A DNA stretch of 64,000 bases, from contig CM082582.2 in assembly GCA_040954595.2 (NCBI GenBank), positions 6,946,063-7,010,062 on the forward strand, given 5' to 3'. Positions 25,101-38,032 of the stretch are shown here, piece by piece. Source of the DNA: Balanoglossus misakiensis (Eukaryota > Animalia > Hemichordata). The notes beneath the pieces were generated by a model that was given only the letters and a program-made list of their open reading frames with translations, ran no database searches and was not told where the DNA came from. The stretch's first letter is position 1; each line of letters opens with the position of its first letter. The position numbers were made by a program, and so were the translations under genes.

Positions 25101-28100
25101 CACAATATGCAATCAATCATACGCTGTTTGATAAATCTGGATTTTTTTATGAGAAGCATTCGAAAAAGAAGCCAAGCTGCGATTGCCTAAAAAGGAAAGA
25201 AAATATGGTATGCAATAAATTTGAATTTTGTGATATGTTTATTTGTTTTCTACAATCGTGTCAGAGTACCCTGTTATTTCATGATAACTTAAACACAGTA
25301 GTATAACATAAAAATAACTCATAAATTTTATGACGGCCATTCAATACGCTGACATTTTTAGCTGATACAAACATAGGCTTGGTTAAAGGTCAGTTTAATG
25401 GGGGAGGGTGGGATTGCTGTTGCACAAAAATAACTGGTAGAGGGAATCGCTCTATATGCCTGTGTAAATTCTAACTGCACCATGATTGTGTACATGTATA
25501 TCTACACTGGTATGATATAAGCGTTCTGTTCCTCATCGCAGTAAAAAAAAGTTGTTTAAAACACAGAGTAAATATTTGAGGTGATGTCAACACAAACAAC
25601 TTGTCGGTAGTGACATTTATTGGGTCAGAGTGTTGCTGGGCTACTGTCGAAAGTCATATATCCCATTCTGATAAGCTTTTAATTTTTCATTCAAACAATC
25701 ACAAAATGTGGCCATGTATGGACAAGGGCTCGATCTGTACATGATGCATTGGTCATACCTGTCGTATATAGAGACTGATTCTATATACATGCGTGGCCAT
25801 ATTTTGTCTGCTGCGAAAGCAATGCAGATGAGAACTAAATAAAACCATTACAAACTCATGCAACATCCAGCACAACATAAAACTCTTCATTCGTCACTCT
25901 TAAAAACACACGTATGTACATAAAGGTACAGTATTTTACCACAGTAGGGTACAGCAATACAGGTAAATTATAAAGTGCAGAATGGTTTGTACAATGTAGT
26001 TTATCATTGCTTTTGATTTACAAATGGTTTTGTTTTTTTTTTCAAAAAAATTCTATATTGTTTGACAGATATTTGGTAGATTTTGTCCCACTTTTTTTTT
26101 CTTTTTTTTTTGGGGGGGGGGGCCCTTTTCAGTTTAGTTTACAAACCTGTAAAATTTTAAAAGAGATATATCATTCACATTTTTAACATGGTGATGTAAT
26201 AAAGTGGATAATCAGCCACTAACAGGCATATTGTTAGGTTTCTTCCTGCACACCTGGAAATTCGGCTGCGAGGTCGAAGGTCGCGTGGAGATTGATTGGC
26301 TGCAAGAAGGGATTTCCCCTAGTCTGTACCTGGATTCCCTAAACTCAGATGTTTACAAGGAAGATTAACGCAAATGAAAGGCGAGACCATTGAGTCCAGT
26401 TTAGAAACCGACCGGAATCCAGACCTGGATTCAAAGAAATACTGAGTTGAAGTTACCAATAGAAGAGTAATACAAAGCCCAATCAGGGGACCTGGTCGAA
26501 TGTTTCCTAAAATAATTACCACACGGATGGGTAACGTTGGACAAAAAGCGCACTGTGCAGAGAAATAGACTTCGTTCAGACTAGGGGGTTCATTGATGCA
26601 CTGCACACGTACATGTGCTTCCAGTGAAAGTGTGAATTCAATGTTTCATTCATCACGCGCCAACAATCTCCCACATTCAAAAACCACACATGTTGAGTGC
26701 AGAGAATGTACCGCCCTCACACCGTAACAATCGGCACAGGCGGTTAATGTGCTACAGTTGTGTGAATGACAAAATGGCTGCCCATGGTAACACTATGCTG
26801 TAGCAGTTAGTAACAGTTCATGCAGGTAGTTTCTCGTCAAAACATGAAATCAATCCTAACATGGAATTTCCAGTATGCTAAAATTGGTATGTGTTTATAT
26901 ATATATTATGACTTTGTTATGTGTATTGTACGTTAACTTCCATTACAAGATGTGAAATGCACAGTGAATTAACTGTATGTCTGCAATCGTTCTATGCTTC
27001 CTGTTTGTGCTGGGGCTGTTCCTGTTAACCCAAAGTTGGGGGTTTTAACGGGGGATTTTAGAGGCCATTATACAACCAAGGTTGAATGAATAGAGCTGCT
27101 ATTCGGATTGACACTATTACTGCACATGGCTATAAATGGACATGAAAGGGACGCCATAACAAAATGAAGTCGGTGCATGGGACATTAAGTGTCGAAGAAT
27201 GAAATTATGAATGAAGGCTGTCTCAAGTTGCACCCATTGTGTGAGATGCAAACAGGTGACCATTCAGGGCTTCTTTGCCAAGGGAGTGTTAAGGTGTCTA
27301 TCTGTTTATCCTTCCTTGGCAACAGTCAAACATAACATGAAATCTTTTCAGTCGAACACCAGTCAGAGACATGTGCGGAATACTCCATTGCTTCATAAAA
27401 CTGAAGTACCGGTACATCAGGCCGGTGCAGTTGAATACTGTGTATTGTGAGTGTACGAGTTTGATTTCGGAGAATGTCCTACATGAAAAAGTCACCACGA
27501 ACCAAAACAAAAGTCCACCATGATTGAATTCTGCAAGAAGAAGAAATATGGCATTTTGTTTACAGACTGTCAAACATGTGGTGTGAAGTCAGAATGTAAA
27601 GTTATATTATTAATATCATTTTAAACACAGAATTTCAAAAAAATGACAGGTTTTACCAGTACATACATTTGTAGCACACTACAAACCAAATCTGTGCAAA
27701 AAAATGCAAATCAGCTATTTTCAATATTAGCTATCTCAGGATATGCAAATTCATACCAATTCTACTGCATATAAATCCTGATTATGATAAGCTTATCTAA
27801 ACCGGTTCTCTTGTATTTGTGTAAAGGGGTGTTTTGTTTGTAGACGTGATTTTCCCTCTCTTTTGTCATTTTTTGTCCCCCTGTACATAGCCCTGAGCGA
27901 TCTTACTGATATAGGGCTGTGTGTCCGTCTGTCTATCCATCCGTCATCTCTGCCTGTGATGTACTCATGCATCAGCAGCTAGGACTTGTGACCTGTGTGG
28001 ACTGCTGGTTTAGTTTTTGACGAATTTACGTCTGGGGTGAAAGTACGTGTAGCTGATGGCAGCCTGATAAATTACGACATAGCCCTAATCACACCTCTAT

Positions 28101-30832
28101 TACAAACAAGGATTGTGTAAATCACTTACAAATTACTACCCTGCACAAAAGAAAAGTGTAACCAAAAATAGAGTTGTTGATGCGTTGCGGTACCAACAAA
28201 TCTCTTATTTACTGGCTGCAATTATCAGACGCGTGTAAGCTAACACGTACGATATATGTGCAGCAACCATGTGTGAATTGTGGTGGCTTATGTCAACCTG
28301 TGTGGGTGCTGCAGTGTGTCTGCAACGTGGCTGCTCAGTTGATGATTGCGGTAGCGCTGTGTGCCTATTCACTGCGTCTGCAGTGCCAGCCAAGCTTTAA
28401 CCCTTTCACCCCCAGTTCCCTCTTCAGAGGTCCAGCCTCACCATAGAAATCAATGAGTTTGGACTGAACCAATGGCAGTGAAAGGGTTTTAAGCTGCATC
28501 TGATCACGTGTCTGATAGTGAGTAGGAAGAACGTAGCGACAGCTTGAATGATGTGATATCCCGTTTGTAGGACATGAGAGTAGAAATGAATAAATGGAAG
28601 AGACCGATTATTCATTTTGGCTATTTTCTTCACTCTCGTGTCTACAAGTACCAGTGGGATGGAAGTTTTGTGTGGTTGAACGTTGATTCACTATATATCC
28701 ACATGTACACTAACATTAACAGTGTCTTGTATCAAACATAATTAATGGGAAAAGGGCAGCGAGAGAGAGACTTTGCCCCTTTAAGTGGAAAGGATATGTG
28801 CTGTTCAAGCAAAATAAATCTCTTATTGACTGACAGTCAAAGGATGAATGTCTTGCTGTGGATCGTGAGAAAGGGAAAAAAATAGAAGCAGGTCACTTCC
28901 TTGGTTTCTCTTAACTTCCTGAGAACCCAGGAATGTTGGCACTGATAATGGCCAGGCACCTGTAATACCATTTATACATGTAGTTTTAATTTGTACAATC
29001 TGTCCTGGTAGCTTGCAGCCTTTGCAGTCTTAATACTGATTGATCGATACCATCCATTTTAGCTCCAGTATTCACACACACACATGCCAGAGCCAATGCT
29101 GTCTGTCTGTTTGTCCATGGGCATATTGTCTTAAGAACAGCTGATCAGATTGTCATCAAATTTGGAACCTACATTTGTTTGGAAACCACGTCATTAATAT
29201 AATCAGCCAATAACTAATTGTTTCACTGTATGAGTGCCACTGTTGCCATTTTATTAAAAGAACACTTTGCATTGTTTTGAACCCTTTCAAGTGCTGTTAC
29301 TTTATTGCCTAACTACTACAGTATAATGGACAATTTACCACCAGTGGCAAAATAAACGTTTTTATGTGAGTCGAGGAGGAAGAAAGTGAAAAATTACCTA
29401 TAAGTCTGCTGATACAAAGCATGTTTATTTTATTGTGGACTGTGAACCCTTTAATGTTCGTGCTAGGTGATTGTTGAAAGGTGTAAGACCCTGTCCATCC
29501 CACAGCAGATATATTAACAACAACAAGATCAATCTCTGGCATAACGCCCACAAGGAAGTAAAATCAGCCTTTTCTGGCTTTATGCAGGTGACAGGTTCCA
29601 GTCCCTGGTCTCGAGGGACTAGAACCAATTAACAGTTGCACCTCTACCGGAAAGACTATATTTCTCAGTGCTTCTGCAGTCAGCACTTAGAGTTGTTTGT
29701 ATGGGTACAGGTAGTCCCCAATGGCAGAGTCTTGGGGACTTACAGATTGGGACCCACGCCTGTATGCCTCTCTGTACAGATCAGGGGGGGGGGGGGGGGG
29801 GGGGGTAGGAGGAACCAATTTGTAAGAATATACCAGTGTACCCCCCTTGACAAAAACACTGTTTGCATTGCCAAGAGATGATTGACGAAGGGATTCAGTA
29901 TCACTATACATAGAATCAAAATCTATAATATTTATGTCCTGTTATCGATCGAACATTCAAATATGGCGATTAGGAAATCCAGATGAAGATTGGCGGGTAA
30001 ATTTATCGCTTCAGGTATCGAGCATTACAATATGTTACCATTTATCAGTACGGTATAACTACATTCAAAAGCCAATGAGATTTGACTTCAGCTAACCTCT
30101 CAACACCTGCTTATCAATCAATACACGAGCAAACATATTTGTCGGCACAACACACAGCACATTCTTATCATCATTGCCAACCGTTGAAATGTTAAATCAG
30201 GAAATTAGCAAAAGGATAAATTACTTTGCGTGATCATTACACAATGACCTGCATCCGGAGCATCAGAGGTCAAACGCGATTGCGTTAAGGTTGAGCTTTG
30301 TTTACATGTATGCCGTCATTCATTTGAAGAGAGAGAAGCGATAGAGAGCTGCTTCACATAGCGCATGGTTGATTTACGGTACGTTTCAGACTAGATGGAC
30401 ACCATATTGCAATACAAGATTTTATGTAGTTTGTGGCAATCAGACATCATGTCTCACAACATTTATTTTCATCATCATCATCATCATTATCATCATCATC
30501 GTCATCATCATCATCATTATCATCATCATCGTCATCATCACCATCATCATCATGCATAATGATCATCATCATCATCGTCGTCGTCATCATCACCATCATC
30601 ATCATGCATCATGATCATCATCATCATCGTCGTCGTCATCATCACCATCATCATCATGCATAATGATCATCATCATCATCATCATCATCATCAATCAATC
30701 ATCATCATCATCAGCATCATCATCGTCATCATCATCGTCGTCATCATCATCATCATCATCGTCATCATCATCATCATCATCATCAATCAATCATCATCAG
30801 CATCATCATCGTCATCATCATCATCATCGTCG

Positions 30833-30864
<32 letters not shown>

Positions 30865-31340
30865 TTTATCAGCACAACCACAACCATCATCATCATCACC
30901 ACTACCACTCAGCATCACCGTCATCATCTTCACAAATGTTTACAGTAAACATTGCTGAAAGTCTATTTGTGACACACAATCCTGAACCGCCCTAACCCTA
31001 CTGACCACCGCCACAATTTGGTTCAGCCCCATTGATTTTTATTGAGTGGTAGGCTGGACTCGTAAAGGGAAAATGGCGAATTGCTAGAAGTAGGCAGAGC
31101 ATAACACCATCTTGCCTTAACACAAATTGTATGTGTCACCAAAAGTAGCTGACTTTCTCTCTGTGTGAAATGTTGTTGTCCTCAGTGTTGGAAATTGGAT
31201 ATGTTATACATGAGGATTTTGTAAAACCTTTGTCATTCTTTTCATCTTTGCAGGCGTTGGCAGAGGAAGTTAAAGAGATGCACGGACTTCGCATTCACAC
31301 TCTGACGGCAGAACAAGCGGGCCGGGATGCAGCATCGTGA
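22110..31340 (+). CDS. BOLA3: BolA-like protein 3 (mitochondrial Fe-S cluster assembly factor)
   Basis: Exons 22110-22139 ([10 protein letters not shown]), 22576-22696 (...[17 protein letters not shown]...VSDIS), 23008-23096 ([30 protein letters not shown]), 31254-31340 ([16 protein letters not shown]...*); diagnostic DISGGCG and MHGLRI; ~8.2-kb last intron. Confidence 0.93.
28401..28486. mobile_element. ~90-bp dispersed MITE with CCCTTTCAC...GTGAAAGGG termini (piggyBac-like, TTAA-associated)
   Basis: 9-bp TIRs, TTAA on the left flank, TTTTAA on the right. Related copies at ~31020-31072, 55660-55727 (reverse orientation, also after TTAA) and ~59402-59490. Confidence 0.7.
30470..30930. repeat. 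Long compound (CAT)n microsatellite with a ~52-bp higher-order unit
   Basis: CAT/CGT/CAC triplets over ~460 bp; the ATGCAT-containing unit recurs at 30552, 30604 and 30656. Confidence 0.95.
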
Positions 31341-34300
31341 TAATTATTGACAAAAAATATGAAGAGGGTTAATACCAAGGCAATTTCACTGTCGCAAATA
31401 GTTTTTTTTTCACACACAAATTTCATTTTATCATCTGTGTAAGTTTCTGTCAAACTTTTAAAGATTAGAAGTAAGAGAGGATCTCTTGTACAGGGTTACA
31501 CCAAAGGGTAATGGGAATCTGTTCCTGATTTATAGGTTTTGAAAAAGTGCCAAAAACCTGCAGGTACAAATTGTTGTGTAACAAGAGAATGTAAATAAAA
31601 AATTTCTCTTGTTTTTGAAAGAATGTTGGCTCACAGAGTCTTTCTCCGGTGAACTCAAATGGGTGAGCTTAGTCTCAAATAACATTTTTTCTTCTCAATT
31701 TTGAAAACACAGATATACACACAGCAGCATAAGAATGCCAGCTAGTATGTTTTGTATGACTGTTTCATGCCGGGATCAGATGATCCGTGTTTTCCCAGTA
31801 CGGTTAGATTACCAGGAACTCCAGATGATTTACGCAGTCCCCAACGCGCCTCCTTCAGTTCCAAATGTTTTCACCAAGAGGCTATCAGAAATAAGTCGTA
31901 GTCACCGGAGCTTATTAACTTGTTTTTACATTTGTGTTCCTCCTCTGTAACTTTTTATGGCTTGATTTATGTCTGATGCTGGTCCCGCTCTGAAAAAAAG
32001 TCTGACCGAATCATTCATTCATCAACCATAAGCTAGCCGGGGCACTTTACCAAACATACGTACGTGCGCACTCCTTGAGAATCCAGTAAACAAAATTCCT
32101 GGAGTTCTGCATTGTGGCAAAGAATTCAATTACTGTAGGCTGTTTTCTTTTATTAGATCCCACGTGCAAAGCTCTTGGTGGCAGATGACGCTATTGTCTT
32201 ACAGGGTCAAAATAGCCACTATAAAGTGAACTCTACTGTAAATTTTCTTTTGGGGCTTTCTAGATTTAGAGTTTTATTGAAGTGTTCATCTCGGGGCGAT
32301 GCCCTTTTCAGGTTGAAATAGTGCAGCCTGTATTTCATGCATAGCAGTTACGCATGTCGACTTTTGTGGAAATGGACCTCTGAAAAAATACCACAGCCAA
32401 ACCTTTTACTGACAAAAACCGATATGGATGATCGATATGTGACAGGAAAACTAAACTGAAATCAGGAAGCGTGCCTAGTTTAGCAATTTTGATAGCTCGG
32501 CAAAGTTTTGTATCCAGGCCATACTGTCATATCGTTGCAATTTCCAATTGAAGAAAAAATACGTTGGTAAATAAATGCATAGACCTTGCAACTCCAGGGA
32601 CCACAGTGGATACCAGCTTTTCAGTACCCTGCTGACTGAATCAACTGGTTTGCCTGGATAGAAACTTTGCAAGTCACCTGAGTGTAGGTTTCTCAGGTGG
32701 GTCATTGCGAATGATTCAAAATGAAATAAAAAATACTTGAAATAGAATTGCTGTTTCAGTTTCTGTTTCAACTCGCACTTCCTCAGCATTTGTTCCAGAG
32801 AATTACATTTTCCTTGAGGTGAAGGACAGTTTTGAGGTAAATCGAAACAGAAATGTCAGCATTAAGCAAACACAAGTACTTATACACTTTGGATACAACA
32901 CAGGATTATCATAGTGGTGTAGGGAAGTACTGATTAAAAACCGATAGCTTCTTTTGAGTTTAATGCTTTATATGTACGCCGTGGTCTCTTTTACAACAAA
33001 CTCAGTGTTCACGATGTGTCATAATTTGTGAGAATGTGTCCTGAGAATATAGAACGACTATAGCCCAAGGGAAATAGTCACATCATCTGTTACATGGTCA
33101 CGTGATCTATGACCGCGCTTGCTTTGGCGCGATCGCGCGAGAATGCGCGAGATGTCATCTTCATGAGTGTCAGCTCCTGAATCAGTTTCTATGGTGATTT
33201 TCCGGACTAAAATTGATAATATTAGTAAGACTGTCGGGAACAATTTCGGGGAACAACTGGCTCACTTTCCAAGACCCTTTCTCAAGAGCTTCTGTAAATC
33301 AAGTCGCAGTTCTCGCAAATGCCGTTAATTATATGTTTTTTACTAGTCACAAACAGCCGGCATATAGCCACACAACCATCCTTGGTCCGGTTGCTAGGTG
33401 TACGCCTTGCGACTGCGTATCACACCAACTCGTATCTGCTATGGTAACCCTGACACAGCGCGTGTTAGTTATCAAACTATTTCCTCATCGTCCCAGCCTA
33501 CAGAACAATTGATTTCATCTCGGAGTTTGATTCCAAAACAGTCAGTCCAAAGGCTCCACGATAACAAGGAATTTCTGCGTGGTTCTCCGAATTCTGTAAT
33601 CCATTGAAGTGCCCTGTTATCCTGTAGGTCGCGGTATATAGTGTATAATATTAATGGTAATCGCGGGTTAACCATTTTCACAAAACCTTCCCGTTTGGAT
33701 AGGAGCATTCCACCCCAAATGAATTTGCGCGATACCCCGATATCGATCTATTATATTATGGTCATCCTTAAAGGCCCAAGATTTGACCCACTGTTGAAAT
33801 AATTACGGGCATGTACAAGGCCACGAGTGTTCCCGTTTTCCCGGTCTTTTAACATTTGCGAGAGTATTTTGGTACTTGTGATGTCAACAATCAGCCCTTT
33901 TTAGAAGTTTGACACGCCAGTTCTCGCAAATAAATCTGATATAAAGAAAAAAGCTCTTCAATAAAACAACGGGCCACCGTGGATGTGGTTGAAAAGGAAA
34001 ATTAATGATAACCAAAATTTGTACCTGATTGTTTCACAAGTGAAGTTATTGAGAGAGAAAAAACGTGCTATTTTTATATGATATCCCGTAATGGAAACGA
34101 GAATCAAAAATAGGCCCCGTCCTGCTAGAGTGCTTCTTCATTTCAGTCAAACGTCCTGCAATGTTAATGTGTGTGTGTTTTTTTTTCAACGAGATGTGTA
34201 ATACATTCTGTGGTTGATGGTCTTTCCACGAAGGTGGATAGTTTACTGCGCAGAAAAGTGACCCCGCACGCCGCATGGTGCATCAAACACTCGTAGGAAT

Positions 34301-37240
34301 ATATTTTAGCACATGCGGTGATGGTATTACTGGCTATTTATAATACGTATACTTACTAAAATCCGCCGGATGCATCCGGGATCTCTGGCGTATAGATGAC
34401 AGGGAAATGTTTTGTTGCAGAAGTGAGACAGGCTATATACCTGGAGTGATTTAGTCTCTGTCTGCTAATGAACGTATAAGCTTGATCCACCGAGATTACG
34501 TCCAGCTGCGCGCTTAACTTTGAGTTAATTCGCCTATTTTACCACAGTCCCTCTTTCTCGAGGGACTGTGATTTTACAAATACCCGTACACATCAGCAAC
34601 TTGCATCACACATCTCGCTCAATGCTGAGTTGTCCTGAACACCCCTTTTATCCACTTTCCCAACGTGCCATTTTTTCTGTTTTCGACAACTTGCATGTTG
34701 TTATTGCTTATAGTGTTTACTGCTTCCTCATTTTAGAAAGATACAATTACACATAAGTTCTCCTTTTTTATATTTTTTGTCATCCTAGAACGATATTTAG
34801 CTGTTATAAAAATTTTGATATCGCCTTGCACTTGCTTGTTGTGTGACACTTCACGTTTGCCTTCCAGAACGCCATGTTTTCTCTACTTTTTTCATTCAGA
34901 TCTAATATTTTCACTCACTGTCCACACATGCGGCTATCAGTTCCAGAACTAAGCAAAGTGTTTTCATTTGAAATGAGAAAAGGCAGAAACGGCGATTCCA
35001 TGGCACAATATGTTTTGTCCTCCCAGCTCCCATGCCTAACAAACAAAGTGAATGTGTCTAAAAAGTACAGTTTTGGTCACTCATACGGTCTGCAGCCTAC
35101 AGAAACCTATAAATGGGGATGGGGGTACATTTACACTGGCTGTCATCTTTATTGACGGGTACGTGAAAATTAAAATGTGCTTATCTGTTTCAATGGGTTC
35201 CTATAGTCGACATCACTTTTTACTTGACAATTTTCTTCCAGAAAGATAACCGTTTTCAAAAGATCTCGATGGAAAGAGTCTAGCCAGAATTCAATACACA
35301 TGGATTTGTAATTACGCCGAAATCTTGAGTAACTCGAGAAGTGAAAGCTTCTGTTGAATAATTGAGAACGATTACGTCGGTTCGTACAAGTGGTACGGTG
35401 GTACGATTACTGCAAATAGCCCCGAAAAATCCTGTTGGCAAAGTGCCAAGTGACACAGCATTACCGTTTTTTCTGTGAGATCTAATGACAGATCCTTGTT
35501 ATCAAAGCAATCATCACGCTACTGCTGATTCAATCCGTAGAGGTGAAACCCCGTATGAGACGTCGACATTACGTCACCTTACGCAAGTCCCACAGAACAT
35601 GCAGAAAGGCTAATACAATACGAAGGGGTGGACAGGTGACACTGAAGCTGTGGAAAATTCCGCTTCTTTCACGCTGTGGCTACAGTCGGAAAGAAAATGG
35701 TGAATCTTTGTTACAAACACCAGTTAAAAAAACATTACTTAAATTAGGCACAAGTACATGTACATGGATATGAAAAGCATCCATATTATCCCATTTCTAT
35801 TAATTTCATTCACTTTATAAAGTTTTGAATTTTCTTCTTTTTGCAAAGAATATTCCAGTGCACATTTGGCGATACTCTTGTGTGATGTTGAAAAAGACAA
35901 TGCGGATGTCTACAGCCACACGCACCAGCCCCGTGATTTTCTCGGTGTTGTTTCGCCGAACCTTTTGACAAACATATCTCACAAGGACACGCGGGTGCAG
36001 CTGTAGCCTGATCAATTCAAAATTGCGAAAGTCCGGGACTTTATTTGTTCACACCAGGATCTCCAAGCTCGCAGACCTTCGCCAGTCAATACACAGGGTC
36101 ATAAGAGTGAGTGAGCACCAGCTCATTATATCTCTGGCAAATGCGTAATTTGGGGATTTGAAAGTCTTCAATTCCGGTGCTGCTCCGCCATCGAATCATT
36201 GGAGGCAACTCCGTAATTTTCATAACGTGTTCTGTACATTCAAACTCCGAAGTTTTTTTCTTCTCAATTGGTTGATGTGTCCACTTTGAGCTGCATTTCC
36301 AGTTATAACTCCAAATTTCCCTGATTTTATATTTGATTTTATATTTTATTAATTAAACCGGTTTTGACATACTGGGTTGGAACACAGTGAATATGATGGG
36401 AAACCACATTTCGGCAAGTCCGCTCATGCCCATTGCTCTGTCTCAGTGTAAATTGACGTTTCAGAGTGAAAATATCTGAACAGGGGATTTTTTTTAATTC
36501 AGTGGCAAACAGTGCAAAAGTTCTCGGGTCTCGAATGAAAAGAGCGCGTATTTACTTTTCCGTTTCGATCATGTGTCGCATATCATAATCATTTCCCTTG
36601 CATTTCCGAATGCAGTGGTTTGCCTTTACAAAAATTGATGACGTAATCGTATAATGTTAGGGAAAGTCGCGTGGATTTCCCCATTCATCTCGGTTATTTT
36701 GGGTGACCTATTCTTTTAAAAGCATTGTCCTTGTACTCGATGGAAAAAGACCCGTTGCCTTGCCAACGGGCGAGGTCGGCGGCAATCAGGATGAAGCGGA
36801 AACAGTTGTTTTTCCCTAAACCTTCCTCGTCGGTAAAAGAATGTTTTTTTCATAGCATCGTTCGCTGCGCAATAATATATGCAAATATATGTACTGTTAA
36901 TGAGTTTTTGAAAGGGACACTTTAAAGTGGAAAACAGCAAACATCTGCAGATATGTATACTCATAATAGGTATTAGAAATTTCTCCATTTTCATTTTTAC
37001 CCCCTTTTCTCGTGATGAAGGCCGAGACGGTACAAGGCGAGAAATTTGACGAGGGGTCGTAATGGACAAGTGTCAGCGCCGCGAAAACTTTGCATTGAAA
37101 TGGCACGCGGAGGACATGTCCATGAAATAAAGCCTTGCCCCGTATACTTGTGCAGATCATCTACGACTTACTTTGCGAGACATTCGTGACAGACGGACTG
37201 CCACTGCGCGCCGGGTCTGTATCAACTGAGGCCCGGTGGT

Positions 37241-37250
37241 GTCACGTGAC
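37241..37250. promoter_or_regulatory. Perfect CLEAR/E-box palindrome GTCACGTGAC upstream of the TLC-domain gene
   Basis: Exact 10-mer ~790 bp upstream of ATG 38033 in a CpG-rich stretch; function inferred only. Confidence 0.35.
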
Positions 37251-38032
37251 TTAACATCCCGGAATCCCAGCAACGTGCGCTGTACCGTACTGTATTAGTG
37301 TATGTACATTGTATACATATGTACCGGCGCTGTGTACAGTGACTGCTTCACTGAATCGCTCGCATTACTGCAGAATATGCTCTCTTTTTTGCTAGTCGCT
37401 AATAATCGGCAATTACGAAGTAATTCTCAACGATCTGATGCTTGATAAAATCGAATCGATTCATTTTGAAAGAAGCCCGCATAAAATAAAGCTCTTTGCG
37501 GAAACAGTTCGCATATTATGAAGTCCGGGGTAAATTGTACAGTCAGCGACGTTACGCATCCGGGCTGTGCTTTGTTAATGCCATTTTGTGGTTTCACAGC
37601 GCGGCGGCGTTTAATATAACGGAGATCGAAGGCAGTATGTTCCAGAATTGACGAAATAAAAAAGAAGCCCCAAGTTCACGGTGTATCGGCTGCGATAAAC
37701 GTAAGAGTGAACACTGTACAAATGTATACTCGCCATGTTTTTTTTTCTGTCACTATCGTAATGTAAACCGGTGCGGTGCGTGGAAGGGGATTTCCCTTGC
37801 ACAGCCCTGCCAGTTGCCTACGTCATCATGGGTGTATCGGGAGGCTTGGTTATACCGCTCACTTCATAATTAGAAAGATGTGTAATCAGGGACGTCCCGG
37901 TGAAAAGTCACGATCAAGGTGTCCTCTGTGAAAAAAACATGAAGAAGCCGCCGATGTCTTGAACAGTTCATCACTACCCGTACCCGCCGAGGCAGTCGTT
38001 GACATGGGCCGCGGAGGTGCGCTGCAAGGAAG

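Noticed and set aside
26319-26606. Possible nested minus-strand gene in the BOLA3 intron
   Set aside because: No ATG start, no recognisable domain, no consistent splice partners.
27018-27056. Hairpin cctgttaaccccaaagttgggggttttaacgggg
   Set aside because: Too short for a pre-miRNA and matches no miRNA I recognise.
30369-30995. Poly-His/Ser/Ile ORFs
   Set aside because: Three-frame translations of the (CAT)n repeat.
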